From the NCBI GenBank assembly GCA_965203295.1, contig CBDBCZ010000014.1, forward strand, positions 576,001-640,000: a stretch of DNA of 64,000 nucleotides, read 5' to 3'. The DNA is from Nitrospirales bacterium (GTDB lineage: Bacteria; Nitrospirota; Nitrospiria; Nitrospirales; UBA8639). The position numbers were made by a program, and so were the translations under genes. Shown here one piece after another: positions 11,791-24,153 of this stretch (the first letter of the stretch is position 1; the number at the start of each line of letters is the position of its first letter). The notes below the pieces were generated by a model. It did not search any database and was not told the origin of the DNA. It worked only from the letters and a program-made list of their open reading frames with translations.

Positions 11791-12184
11791 TTATATATAA
11801 AGCCAATCAACCTTTCGGTAGCAGGTCAATGCACACTGCCATGCTCAGCGCTATCTGGCATGGTTACACAAGATTTAGCTACTTCTAAGCATGGAGGGTG
11901 AGTATGAAACATTCTTTGCTCATTTCTTCCTCGTCAATCATCTTGCCTCCTCTTTCTTCTGGAGCTTCCAAACTATGCTCAGCACCACTACTGACTCTAG
12001 AACGATCTGAGCTGCTTGCTCTTTTCCTTTCCTGCTTTACTCTCCTGCACTTCATTTCTAAATCTCTGCCGAGCTACCAACCATTTAGCAGTGCTTCATA
12101 TAGAATTCTGTTTTTCACTGTCTCTGTAATCAATATACCCCTCTCAAGACTAAGAAATGCCCGAAATCTCATCTTGCTTTCATG

Positions 12185-15100
12185 ATTTGTCTTGGTTCCT
12201 TACACAGTTCCTTCTAGGGTTGCTTACCACTGTCATACACTGCATTGTTTGTTAAATATTAACGCAGTAGCAATCACTTATCTAATTGTCACTTGTTTTA
12301 GAAGTTGAAGCTTTTGGTATTTTTGAAGCACAGAGACAGATTTCCAATTAGCCAGGACTATACCTTCCCTGTCTTTGTGTGATCTCAAAGTGGGCTGTCA
12401 GGGGTAGGGTTCTATACATGGTTTCTTCAGACGTTGCTTACTGCAAATGGACGCAGTACTAGGGAGATGCAGGGCATCTTAGGGCGAGCCTGAGTGAGCG
12501 CTTGCTTCCTAGCAGTGATATGTGACATGCGTGTACGTTTACTGTGAATTAACAACAACAAGTGACACAAATGACAGTAATTATTCTCAAGTAGCTACTC
12601 TCAAAAATGTAAAGTGTTCAGTACCAATTCCCAATTAGTTATACAATGGAATACCGTAAATCCTAATAGTCAGGCTTAGATGTTGAGTACTTTTGTAAAT
12701 ACAACGAACTGGCTCCCTTAGTACTGTGAAACAGTCAAGGATCCTGTTTACTGGATTTGCTGTAATTGTACATTCTGTTTCACATAAGTATGGAAGCCTG
12801 TTCGCCGTACTTAAAAAGTACTCAACCTCTAAATCAAAGCTGTTTCCTGACTATTAGGACTGGTTTAAAACATAATAGCATAATTTTCCAAGGGTATGAA
12901 AGAGTATGGTTCTTGAGGGTATAGAAATTTCTATACATCCCAAGGGTTCCTATTTGCCAGTCTTATAAAACACACAACTTTGAAAAGTGATTACTGTGAA
13001 GCCTCTAAATTAATCGTACCTGAAGAATAGTAACAGCTTCCTATTTAAATCTTCACGCTGATAATGTGCACACAGAACACATTACTTCACTTTTGTTCAT
13101 GCAATAGTTCCTTACAGACAGCAGAATGACATAACAAAATGTGAGAATCAACAAATAATGCCGCAACCGCTAACTACAAGAGATACTTGGAGCAGTTACT
13201 ACTTCCAAAATAATTCCCCACTCTAATTGATAAGCACACACATAACTTTTCTTGTGTAAACACAACCATCATGTACAGACAGTATGCAAAACATATCACT
13301 TCAGTTAGCAATTGTAGAAGGAACCGTGTAAGAAACCATACTTCTGACAGCCCACCCGGAGATATCGTACTTGAATTAAACATTACTTTTCTTGTGTTTG
13401 CACATTGTCACTTCAGAGATTGCAGGCACAAAACATAGGTGGGGGGATATTAGTCACACAGAACACAATTGATGTTATGAAATTTTACAGAACAGGAGTT
13501 ATTGAATGTTCACCCACTCTGAGACTCACACACAACCTAAAAACAGGTGACCTGGTGTGCTGTGTGACACCCTACCGCCAACCTAAATAAGTGTGTTTTG
13601 ACCACTTTATTTCTAAGAGTGAAGAGCCACAGCCTCTAGCTACCAGAGAAAATGGAGAGGTAACAGCTTCCCAATTTCATTCCACACTCTAGTATAGCAT
13701 ACTTTTCTTACTCGCATAATGTTTAACTTAATTCAGAGATTGTATGCAGGTACAAAATATAGGTGAGCTACAATAGTTATAGACTTTCATTAGTAAGCAA
13801 TGTTGTACTGTAGGCTTAGAGGGTGATGTATGTCCGGCAAGCAGGCACCCTGAGGTGCAATGTTGCTATTTCTTAGTAATCACTTTTCGGTTGCTCTTAT
13901 ACATATTCCTGGCCAATAATGAGGGTAGCTATTATAACCTAAGAGGGATTTCTATGAAGCAGTGACATTGTACCAAGGTTGCCTGTTCAACAGACATATA
14001 TACAGAAGCACTCAACCTCTAAGCCAAGGTTATTTTCAGACTGTTTATCCTGGTGTAAACTATAATCCCAGAAATGTGGCTCTTGGTATTTATATAGTAC
14101 AGAGACGGATTCCCACCTTTAGTTTAAGTATTCTTCTAGTGCGATGTGAAAGGGGGCTGTCAGTATGTAGGACATTTTCTTACAAGATTTGAGTTTAACC
14201 ATGCGTTGCTTACTGAAGTTGTAATCTCTAGAGATATAACTACATAGACCATAATTGTTTCTCACTCTCTGAATTAACTGCATGAGATAAGGAGTGTGTA
14301 CGTATGCTTACTTAGAGTGGGGAAGCTGTTACTTTTCCTCTCTCTCTGGTAGCTAGAGGCTGTGGCTTTTGGTATCTCTGGAATACAGAGACAGATTCCC
14401 AATTAGCTAGGAATGCGTACCTTGCCTGACTTTGTGTGATCTCAACGTGGGCTGTCAGGGGTACCGCGCGCATGCAGAAATAAAGTGGAATGCGTTTCAG
14501 GGAAATTTGACAGGAAATCTGGCAGTTTAGGTACAGGACAGTATAGGATAGGGTAGAATTTCCTTTAAAATCATGAAATTCTGCCCTATCCTATACTACC
14601 TTAAATTGTACCTGAAATACCAGATTTTCTGTCAAATTTCCTTGTAACACGTTTCAGGAAATTCCACTTTTTTCTGCATTTTTTTACTGTACATGGTTGC
14701 TTACATGATTCCTTCTAGAGCTGCTTGCCGCGATTAGGTACTGCATAGTTTGTCTATTTTCACATTTTGTTCTGTCTGCTGTCTTTAAAGGAGAACTATG
14801 AACGCTAAATTAGAGCTGGGATGTGTTTGGAAAGCAGTCAATTATTTTTTCTCCCTGGTAGCTAGAGAGTGTGGCTCTTAGCATCTTCAAAATGCAAGGA
14901 CTGATTTCCTATTAGTTGTGCAAAGGAATATCCTTACTTCAATTCTTCAAATACAATATTTCACGGAGTGGGCTCTTAGTGGTACGAATCCTTACACAGT
15001 TCTTTCTAGAGTTGCTTGCTGATGTAGTATACTGTATTAATTTACTAGTTGTTTACCACCTATTGTTTGTACCGAATATCTCTAGCAGATCATTGTGAGA

Positions 15101-15681
15101 ACATATGAAAAGTAATAGATGTAGGGCGGGGATGAAATTAGGATGCAGTAGCTGCTCCAATTCTCTCTGGTAGAGAGAGGTTGTGGCTTTTGGTGTCCAC
15201 CCTTCTTCAGGTATTGAAGTGCTATCTCAAAGTGGGCTGTCAGGGGTAGTGTTCCTGACTTGGTTCCTTACACGGTTCCATCTAGAGCAGCGTATTACGA
15301 TTTTGTACTGCATATAATTTGGTTTGTTTTCACATTTATCCTGTCTTCTTTCCCTAAAGAATCATTGTGTTCACATGTGGAGAGTAAAGTATGCACTTAC
15401 CAGAGTAGGCAATTATTTGGGAAGCACTAACTGCTCCAATTCTCTCTGCTAGGAATACACTGATCTCAAAGTTGGCTATCAGTACAAGACACGGTTCCTT
15501 ATTAGACGTTTCTTCAACTGTTGATTATTAATGGCTCATTCCACTTTGCTTATTGAAGTTGTGTTCTGTGTGACTAATTATCTCCCACCTATGTTTCATT
15601 TTAGCAATCACTAATGGCAAACACAAGAAAGGTATTGTGTACAATTAATTAGAGTTGGAAATGAAATTGGGAATTTGGTTC
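12185..15681. repeat. Degenerate modular repeat block. Also at 17820-22310, 34860-36930, 37600-39870, 40530-41055, 42015-42670, 44825-46370 and 60045-63377
   Basis: Recurrent motifs cacagcctctagctaccagagagaatggagagg, ccactctaattaattgtacacattacttttcttgtg, aaggaaccgt..ccctgacagcccactttgagatcacacaaagtcaggcaaggt occur in both orientations. Confidence 0.88.
14464..14689. mobile_element. Fold-back MITE with TA flanks; further copies at ~19806-20031, ~38565-38790, ~62160-62385
   Basis: Long imperfect inverted repeat (atgcagaaa..gtggaa..ggaaatttgacag..gtataggataggg / mirror) interrupting the repeat module at 'ctgtcagggg-ta'. Confidence 0.7.
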
Positions 15682-15876
15682 TATAACCTCCCTGTTCCTT
15701 GAATAAAGACTTCATTCTTCTGTACTTTAATTCAACCTCAGCGTGATCTGCATACTGTTTCTTGCGCAGTAAGAGCTACATGTAGTAAGTTTAGCTTGGT
15801 CATACCTAAGTACATGGTCTACGTTATTGTACACACATTCGAATACAGCAGATCTAGAGCTCAGCCTGTCCAGGTA

Positions 15877-16010
15877 GCTAGAGTGCGATAATATTTCCTA
15901 GGCGCTACCGTATTTCCTAGTACTAGTAAATTGAATCGCTCAGCGATAGTATTTCCTAGTAAATTCTGTCGCCGCGATCGAATTTCCGAGCGATCGAATT
16001 TACTGTGACA
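15877..16010. mobile_element. Ginger-like transposon terminal inverted repeat (end 1); second copy at ~63581-63714
   Basis: Ends ...tactgTGACA followed by CCGT (16011-16014). About 130 bp is nearly identical to the TIR at 36933-37060. Confidence 0.75.
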
Positions 16011-16554
16011 CCGTGTCTTGTACTGACAGCCAACTTTGAGATCAGTGCATATTCCTAGCAGAGAGAATTGGAGCCGTACCTCTCATTTCATGTATTATTG
16101 GTATCGAGAACGCACAATGAACCGACAGCTAGCTAAGAAAAAGGCACCACGAAGTAAATAAATGCGGGGGCGGGGCACGCTACGATATGCGCCACGCGCG
16201 TCAATGCTTTTCGCGCCAGCTCACGCAGCTCTTGACTGCGTAAGAAAGTTGAACTCTCTAGAATTAAAGTGCGGAAGAATGAAGTCTCTACTCAAGGAAC
16301 AGGGAGGTATAGGTATTATCAAATAATTTGTAGCAAGACCTGACAGTTCCCAATTTATACCCCATGCACCTAGCAGTTTCACGAGTTCACATGAAACAGT
16401 AATTGATTGTAGGTATCTATCAATGGATGCATGTAAAGAACTTTGAGATTATACTTCTGTAAAATGGAAGCGGCAACATACAAGAAAGATTATAGACGTC
16501 TGTTAACATTAAGGATTCTGAAGCATCTTGAAGAGGAGTACATATATCGTTATA

Positions 16555-17816
16555 CCACATTACATCACATCCAAGGTGTTTGATTGGAGCAGAAGAGGAG
16601 TATAAAGGGTCATATACTACGTACATTTATGTTTTCATCTTTTAATATACTGCTTTCATGCAGTTTTTATGTATTATGACATCGTAAATAACTGCTGCCT
16701 CTGGGAATGCTAGCCCAGCGTTTCTAGGTACCTACTCCACCCGATTGGTCAAATGTTGTATAAGCCGGATATACCACGCCTAGGCAAGAAGCGATTGGCC
16801 GCCTGTGTATATGTATAGGATATACTCGAAGTATAAACGCGATTACTCCGCTAGGCTGTTTAAACCGTCTAGCGGAGTATATGTATAGGATATACCGCGT
16901 CAACGAGGAGTATAAACGCAGATAAACTCCGTTAGACAGTTTATCCGAGGCGTAGCCGAGGGTAAACCGTCTAGCGGAGTTTATCGCGTTTATACTCCGA
17001 TTAGGCGTGGTATATCCGGCTTATATCACAGGCGGCCAATCGCTTCTTGCCGTTTGTCATCGCCATAGTTACCATTCAGTAGTATTCATTTATTACGTAA
17101 ACAAAAAACACGTCAACGAACATGAAAACACGCATGGAAAACATGAAAACAAAATAGTAGTATAAACACCTTTATACTCCTCTCTGTAGCCAATGAATTT
17201 CTCCAAAAGTGATGTAATGTGATATACCATAAACTCTGGAGTACAAGTACAGGTACTTCTATTTGAAGATTGCGCATTTTCGTGGTACAGATTATGTGGG
17301 GTACTTATAATCATGGGGTACTTTTCAACGAGGTTAAATATATGGTAGTGCAACAGTATGCACATTACACCTTGTAGTTTTGGTTTTAACAGTCACTTTT
17401 GTGTTTTCTTGACTTCACTGTACCTCTGTGATTGTCATACCAATGGTCTTACATGTGAGCGGTCTTTCTTTGCACTGAAGTGTATACTTGCGAGGCAGTT
17501 CTATGCCCCCCCCCCCCCCACCAACAGCCCATATGCCTTCTGATGCAGACCTAGGTGGACCCAATACCGTCCTCACTATTCATGCTTAACTAGTTACACA
17601 TGCACGGTTTATGCATCCCAGTTTACTTAGTAGTCTGATGGGTACTTACATTCATTGGGTACTTTTATTTGCATGGGTACTACTATTCAAGAAGTGGATA
17701 GCAACTGGGTTCATGGGTACTTATATTCATAGGGTACTTGTATTTGATGGGTACTTATACTCCAGAGTTTATGGTAACTGCGTTTACACTCCTCGTAGAC
17801 GTGGTATATCCTATAC
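16555..17816. mobile_element. Composite nested insertion of hairpin-rich elements at the centre of palindrome 1
   Basis: Absent from the paralogous site at ~34950 (cgttataagg) and flanked by TTATA repeats. Internal inverted repeats surround CCGAGGCGTAGCCGAGG (16945-16962). Confidence 0.65.
17227..17774. mobile_element. 548-bp TA-flanked MITE (Tc1/mariner-pogo-like)
   Basis: 24-bp TIR CCATAAACTCTGGAGTA(C/T)AAGTAC with one mismatch, TA on both sides, and repeated subterminal TGGGTACT motifs. Confidence 0.82.
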
Positions 17817-20800
17817 TTATAAGGCTAAACAAACTTTCATCACAGCCTCTAGCTACCAGGGGGAATAGAGAAGAACCAAATTCCCAATTTTATTTCCACC
17901 TCTAATTAATTGTACACATTACTTTTCTTGTCTTTGCCTTTAGTGATTGCTGTGGAGCAGCCACAGCCCACTTTGAGATAGCACTTCAATAGTCGTGACA
18001 AATGGTTTTATTCCAAATTTAATGTGTTGGTTTTAATACATCATGTTGGCCATAGGTTTTGTAACCTGGTAACACAAAGACAAGTTAGGTATTCCTAGCT
18101 AATTGAAAATCTGTCTCTTTACTGCAAAAATACCGACAGCACAGCCTCTAACTACCGGAGAGAATGGAGAGGAATCAGCTTCCAATTTAATATCCCACTC
18201 TAATTAATGGCACACATTACTTTTTTGTGTTTGCACAATGTAACTGTAGAGATTGCACTCATGTTAACACAATGATTCTTTAGGGAAAGTAGACTGGACA
18301 AACTGTAAGAACAAGCAAGTTATACAGTAAACAATCGCAGTAAGCTGTTTCAGAAGGAACCGCATAAGGTACAATACCCTGACAGCCCGCTTTGAAATCA
18401 CACAAAGTCAGGCAAGGTATTCCTAGCTAATTGGGAATCTGTTTCTTTATTGCAAAGATACCAACAGCACAGCTTCTAGCTACCAGAGAGAATGGAGAGG
18501 AACCAGCTTCCCAATTTCATCCCCCACTCTAATAAATTGTACACATTACTTTTCTTGTGATTGCAAAATGTTACTTCAGGAATTGCAGGTACGAAACATA
18601 GGAAAAATTAGTCACACAGAACACAACTTCAATATAAAACCGTGGAATGAACCATCTAAAAAGCACTGTAGTAACCGTGCCTTATATTGACAAGAAAAAT
18701 TATAGACGACTGTCAACATTAACGAGAAGCATCTTGAGGAGGAGTAGATCGTTATAAGGCTAAACGAACTTTCATTACAGCCTCTAGCTACCTATATGTA
18801 GGAGAATGGAGAGGAACCAAATTCCCAATTTCATTTCCAACTCTAATTAATTGTACACATTACCTTTCTTGTGTTTGCCATTAGTGATTGCTAAAATGCA
18901 ACATAGGTGGGAGATAATTAGTCACACAGAACACAACTTCAATAAGCAAAGTGGAATGAGCCATTAATAATCAACAGTTGAAGAAACGTCTAATAAGGAA
19001 CCGTGTCTTGTACTGATAGCCAACTTTGAGATCAGTGTATTCCTAGCAGAGAGAATTGGAGCAGTTAGTGCTTCCCAAATAATTGCCTACTCTGGTAAGT
19101 GCATACTTTACTCTCCACATGTGAACACAATGATTCTTTAGGGAAAGAAGACAGGATAAATGTGAAAACAAACCAAATTATATGCAGTACAAAATCGTAA
19201 TACGCTGCTCTAGATGGAACCGTGTAAGGAACCAAGTCAGGAACACTACCCCTGACAGCCCACTTTGAGATAGCACTTCAATACCTGAAGAAGGGTGGAC
19301 ACCAAAAGCCACAACCTCTCTCTACCAGAGAGAATTGGAGCAGCTACTGCTTCCTAATTTCATCCCCGCCCTACATCTATTACTTTTCATATGTTCTCAC
19401 AATGATCTGCTAGAGATATTCGGTACAAACAATAGGTGGTAAACAACTAGTAAATTAATACAGTATACAACATCAGCAAGCAACTCTAGAAAGAACCGTG
19501 TAAGGATTCGTACCACTAAGAGCCCACTCCGTGAAATATTGTATTTGAAGAATTGAAGTAAGGATATTCCTTTGCACAACTAATAGGAAATCAGTCCTGG
19601 CATTTTGAAGATGCTAAGAGCCACACTCTCTAGCTACCAGGGAGAAAAAATAATTGACTGCTTCACAAACACATCCCAGCTCTAATTTAACGTTCATAGT
19701 TCTCCTTTAAAAGACAGCAGACAGAACAAAATGTGAAAATAGACAAACTATGCAGTACCTAATCGCGGCAAGCAGCTCTAGAAGGAATCATGTAAGCAAC
19801 CATGTACAGTAAAAAAATGCAGAAAAAAGTGGAATTTCCTGAAACGTGTTACAAGGAAATTTGACAGAAAATCTGGTATTTCAGGTACAATTTAAGGTAG
19901 TATAGGATAGGGCAGAATTTCATGATTTTAAAGGAAATTCTACCCTATCCTATACTGTCCTGTACCTAAACTGCCAGATTTCCTGTCAAATTTCCCTGTA
20001 ACGCATTCCACTTTATTTCTGCATGCGCGCGGCACCCCTGACAGCCCACGTTGAGATCACACAAAGTCAGGCAAGGTACGCATTCCTAGCTAATTGGGAA
20101 TCTGTCTCTGTATTCCAGAGATACCAAAAGCCACAGCCTCTAGCTACCAGAGAGAGAGGAAAAGTAACAGCTTCCCCACTCTAAGTAAGCATATACGTAC
20201 ACACTCCTTATCTCATGCAGTTAATTCAGAGAGTGAGAAACAATTATGGTCTATGTAGTTATATCTCTAGAGATTACAACTTCAGTAAGCAACGCATGGT
20301 TAAACTCAAATCTTGTAAGAAAATGTCCTACATACTGACAGCCCCCTTTCACATCGCACTAGAAGAATAATTAAACTAAAGGTGGGAATCCGTCTCTGTA
20401 CTATATAAATACCAAGAGCCACATTTCTGGGATTATAGTTTACACCAGGATAAACAGTCTGAAAATAACCTTGGCTTAGAGGTTGAGTGCTTCTGTATAT
20501 ATGTCTGTTGAACAGGCAACCTTGGTACAATGTCACTGCTTCATAGAAATCCCTCTTAGGTTATAATAGCTACCCTCATTATTGGCCAGGAATATGTATA
20601 AGAGCAACCGAAAAGTGATTACTAAGAAATAGCGACATTGCACCTCAGGGTGCCTGCTTGCCGGACATACATCACCCTCTAAGCCTACAGTACAACATTG
20701 CTTACTAATGAAAGTCTATAACTATTGTAGCTCACCTATATTTTGTACCTGCATACAATCTCTGAATTAAGTTAAACATTATGCGAGTAAGAAAAGTATG

Positions 20801-22312
20801 CTATACTAGAGTGTGGAATGAAATTGGGAAGCTGTTACCTCTCCATTTTCTCTGGTAGCTAGAGGCTGTGGCTCTTCACTCTTAGAAATAAAGTGGTCAA
20901 AACACACTTATTTAGGTTGGCGGTAGGGTGTCACACAGCACACCAGGTCACCTGTTTTTAGGTTGTGTGTGAGTCTCAGAGTGGGTGAACATTCAATAAC
21001 TCCTGTTCTGTAAAATTTCATAACATCAATTGTGTTCTGTGTGACTAATATCCCCCCACCTATGTTTTGTGCCTGCAATCTCTGAAGTAACAATGTGCAA
21101 ACACAAGAAAAGTAATGTTTAATTCAAGTACGATATCTCCGGGTGGGCTGTCAGAAGTATGGTTTCTTACACGGTTCCTTCTACAATTGCTAACTGAAGT
21201 GATATGTTTTGCATACTGTCTGTACATGATGGTTGTGTTTACACAAGAAAAGTTATGTGTGTGCTTATCAATTAGAGTGGGGAATTATTTTGGAAGTAGT
21301 AACTGCTTCAAGTATCTCTTGTAGTTAGCGGTTGCGGCATTATTTGTTGATTCTCACATTTTGTTATGTCATTCTGCTGTCTGTAAGGAACTATTGCATG
21401 AACAAAAGTGAAGTAATGTGTTCTGTGTGCACATTATCAGCGTGAAGATTTAAATAGGAAGCTGTTACTATTCTTCAGGTACGATTAATTTAGAGGCTTC
21501 ACAGTAATCACTTTTCAAAGTTGTGTGTTTTATAAGACTGGCAAATAGGAACCCTTGGGATGTATAGAAATTTCTATACCCTCAAGAACCATACTCTTTC
21601 ATACCCTTGGAAAATTATGCTATTATGTTTTAAACCAGTCCTAATAGTCAGGAAACAGCTTTGATTTAGAGGTTGAGTACTTTTTAAGTACGGCGAACAG
21701 GCTTCCATACTTATGTGAAACAGAATGTACAATTACAGCAAATCCAGTGAACAGGATCCTTGACTGTTTCACAGTACTAAGGGAGCCAGTTCGTTGTATT
21801 TACAAAAGTACTCAACATCTAAGCCTGACTATTAGGATTTACGGTATTCCATTGTATAACTAATTGGGAATTGGTACTGAACACTTTACATTTTTGAGAG
21901 TAGCTACTTGAGAATAATTACTGTCATTTGTGTCACTCGTTGTTGTTAATTCACAGTAAACGTACACGCATGTCACATATCACTGCTAGGAAGCAAGCGC
22001 TCACTCAGGCTCGCCCTAAGATGCCCTGCATCTCCCTAGCACTGCGTCCAATTGCAGTAAGCAACGTCTGAAGAAACCATGTATAGAACCTTACCCCTGA
22101 CAGCCCACTTTGAGATCACACAAAGACAGGGAAGGTATAGTCCTGGCTAATTGGAAATCTGTCTCTGTGCTTCAAAAATACCAAAAGCTTCAACTTCTAA
22201 AACAAGTGACAATTAGATAAGTGATTGCTACTGCGTTAATATTTAACAAACAATGCAGTGTATGACAGTGGTAAGCAACCCTAGAAGGAACTGTGTAAGG
22301 AACCAAGACAAA

Positions 22313-22612
22313 TCATGAAAGCAAGATGAGATTTTGGGCATTTCTTAGTCTTGAGAGGGGTATATTGATTACAGAGACAGTGAAAAACAGAATTCTATAT
22401 GAAGCACTGCTAAATGGTTGGTAGCTCGGCAGAGATTTAGAAATGAAGTGCAGGAGAGTAAAGCAGGAAAGGAAAAGAGCAAGCAGCTCAGATCGATCTA
22501 GAGTCAGTAGTGGTGCTGAGCATAGTTTGGAAGCTCCAGAAGAAAGAGGAGGCAAGATGATTGACGAGGAAGAAATGAGCAAAGAATGTTTCATACTCAC
22601 CCTCCATGCTTA
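22313..22612 (+). pseudogene. Purine-rich K/E/R/S-rich exon-like remnant; also 11886-12185 (-) and 59748-60047 (-)
   Basis: Reads ...DLEMKCRRVKQERKRASSSDRSRVSSGAEHSLEAPEERGGKMIDEEEMSKECFILTLHA* with an upstream stop. The listed S/L/F-rich ORF is its antisense shadow. Family not recognised. Confidence 0.4.
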
Positions 22613-23199
22613 GAAGTAGCTAAATCTTGTGTAACCATGCCAGATAGCGCTGAGCATGGCAGTGTGCATTGACCTGCTACCGAAAGGTTGATTGGCTTTA
22701 TATATAAAGTCGTAGGCATTGAGTGCCAGGGTGCACTCCTCCCCGAGTGAGTCAGGCACATGTCCAATCATTTTGTAATGATCCTCAGCCTCTGTATTTT
22801 ACTAACACTAGTGTCTTTGGCTGTCCCTCACACTTGGCTCTTGGTATATATGCCATTGTGGAGTAATTTATTGAGTCATACTAGTTTCAGTTGGAGAATC
22901 AGTAATGGTTTATGGTGCTGATGATGTTGCTGCTAATAATTTACCTTACGGTCACCTTAAATGAAGCTACTGTATTCCCTGCTAAGCTTTACACTCACCA
23001 ACATGCACTCACTCAGAAAGCCACACTTCTTGAGGATCTTCGCAGTTGCTCTGCAGCGACGCAAGACCGTACACTAGCGTGAGACTATATTAAAGCTTAC
23101 TACAGTACTAACGATTAGCATGCACGTGAGAAGTCAGCTCCTCCCTCCCGTTACTGCTAGAACCGCAGCCCGCAGTCTGTACACAAATATTAATATGTA

Positions 23200-23564
23200 C
23201 TAGTGATACACAATGTGCAGGGATGTCCTCGCTTCGCGAGAATTGCTGGGTGTGGCACATATATTTTGTGGCACGCCTACCAAGCAGAAAAAGGTCAAAC
23301 GTAGCAGGGCACGCCTACAACCCCAAATAAAAAATGGCTACGTGTAATAATGCGCCTGGAAGACCACAGGCTGAAGCAGGCCCGCTGTAATAGTGAGCGC
23401 TTCCAAGTCTCTCGTACAGAGTTCTGTAACGAAGGTAAGTGTTTGCTGCGAGTTTGGTAGGCTATATATCTGGAGAAGTGGCTGGGAGGGACGTGGACCA
23501 TGACGACGACGACGACGACGAAAAAGGTCAATGGAACCGGAGTATAGCCTCGCTTCGCTCGGAA
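23200..23564 (-). mobile_element. 365-bp non-autonomous Helitron/Helentron-like element, copy-B specific
   Basis: On the minus strand it starts TTCCGAGCGAAGCGAGG and ends ...CTCGCGAAGCGAG...TCACTAG, inserted between A and T with no TSD. Empty sites at ~11295 and ~59145. Contains a (GTC)n tract. Confidence 0.82.
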
Positions 23565-24153
23565 TAACACATCAACTTTATAGACATAAGATGATTACAA
23601 GTGGCATTGATATGCACCACTGGCTTCAAGGCAGTTCATGGATTTCAATTTCTTGAGTGTTTCCTGCAAATGAAAAAACAGACACTTGTGGTAGAACCGA
23701 GGTGGGATAGGACTACGACCTCCGAGGATCACTCCCATAGACTCTATAGTCGCAACTGCAGTCATCTCGATCTGTACCTGTTAATGTATCTACTTAGAAG
23801 TTAGAATTGTCCACAGTAGCAAAACATCATACTGTTTCCCATGGTTCTAAACAACAGTGGGCCAAGGAGTGAAAAAATGCTATATACCTTAAATTAATTA
23901 CCAGGTCCACACCATTGGACATTAACAAGAAAGTCTTTATCTTCATGTACCCAAATAAGCAGAGGGCTTGGAATAAGCTTACAAAAGTGCCAGTTGACAA
24001 TCAATAGCACAACAGGAGAGGCCTTGTGCAAATGGACAAATCAGTGCAATCACTAGCTGGTCAAGATCATGACTGCAATGGTAACTATATACACACTTAC
24101 AGAGACTATGGGAGTGGCCCTCATTCAGTCCATTAAATACCCACACATTAAAC

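Larger units (their letters stand above)
1..15681 (+). repeat. Segmental duplication copy A (left arm of palindrome 1)
   Basis: ORF track is mirrored: 2165..2434+ vs 32429..32698-, 14916..15098+ vs 19397..19579-, with near-identical translations. Inner boundary 'gaatttggttc' at 15681 pairs with 18814. Confidence 0.97.
16076..18813 (+). repeat. Older diverged paralog of 34504-~36750 forming most of spacer 1
   Basis: Collinear but clearly more diverged than the A/B/C copies, e.g. 16076-16330 vs 34504-34760. Confidence 0.8.

Noticed and set aside
12185..22310. Modular repeats as a CRISPR-like array
   Set aside because: Units are long, degenerate and variably ordered, with no constant repeat and unique spacer pattern. 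The context is eukaryotic and there are no cas-like genes.
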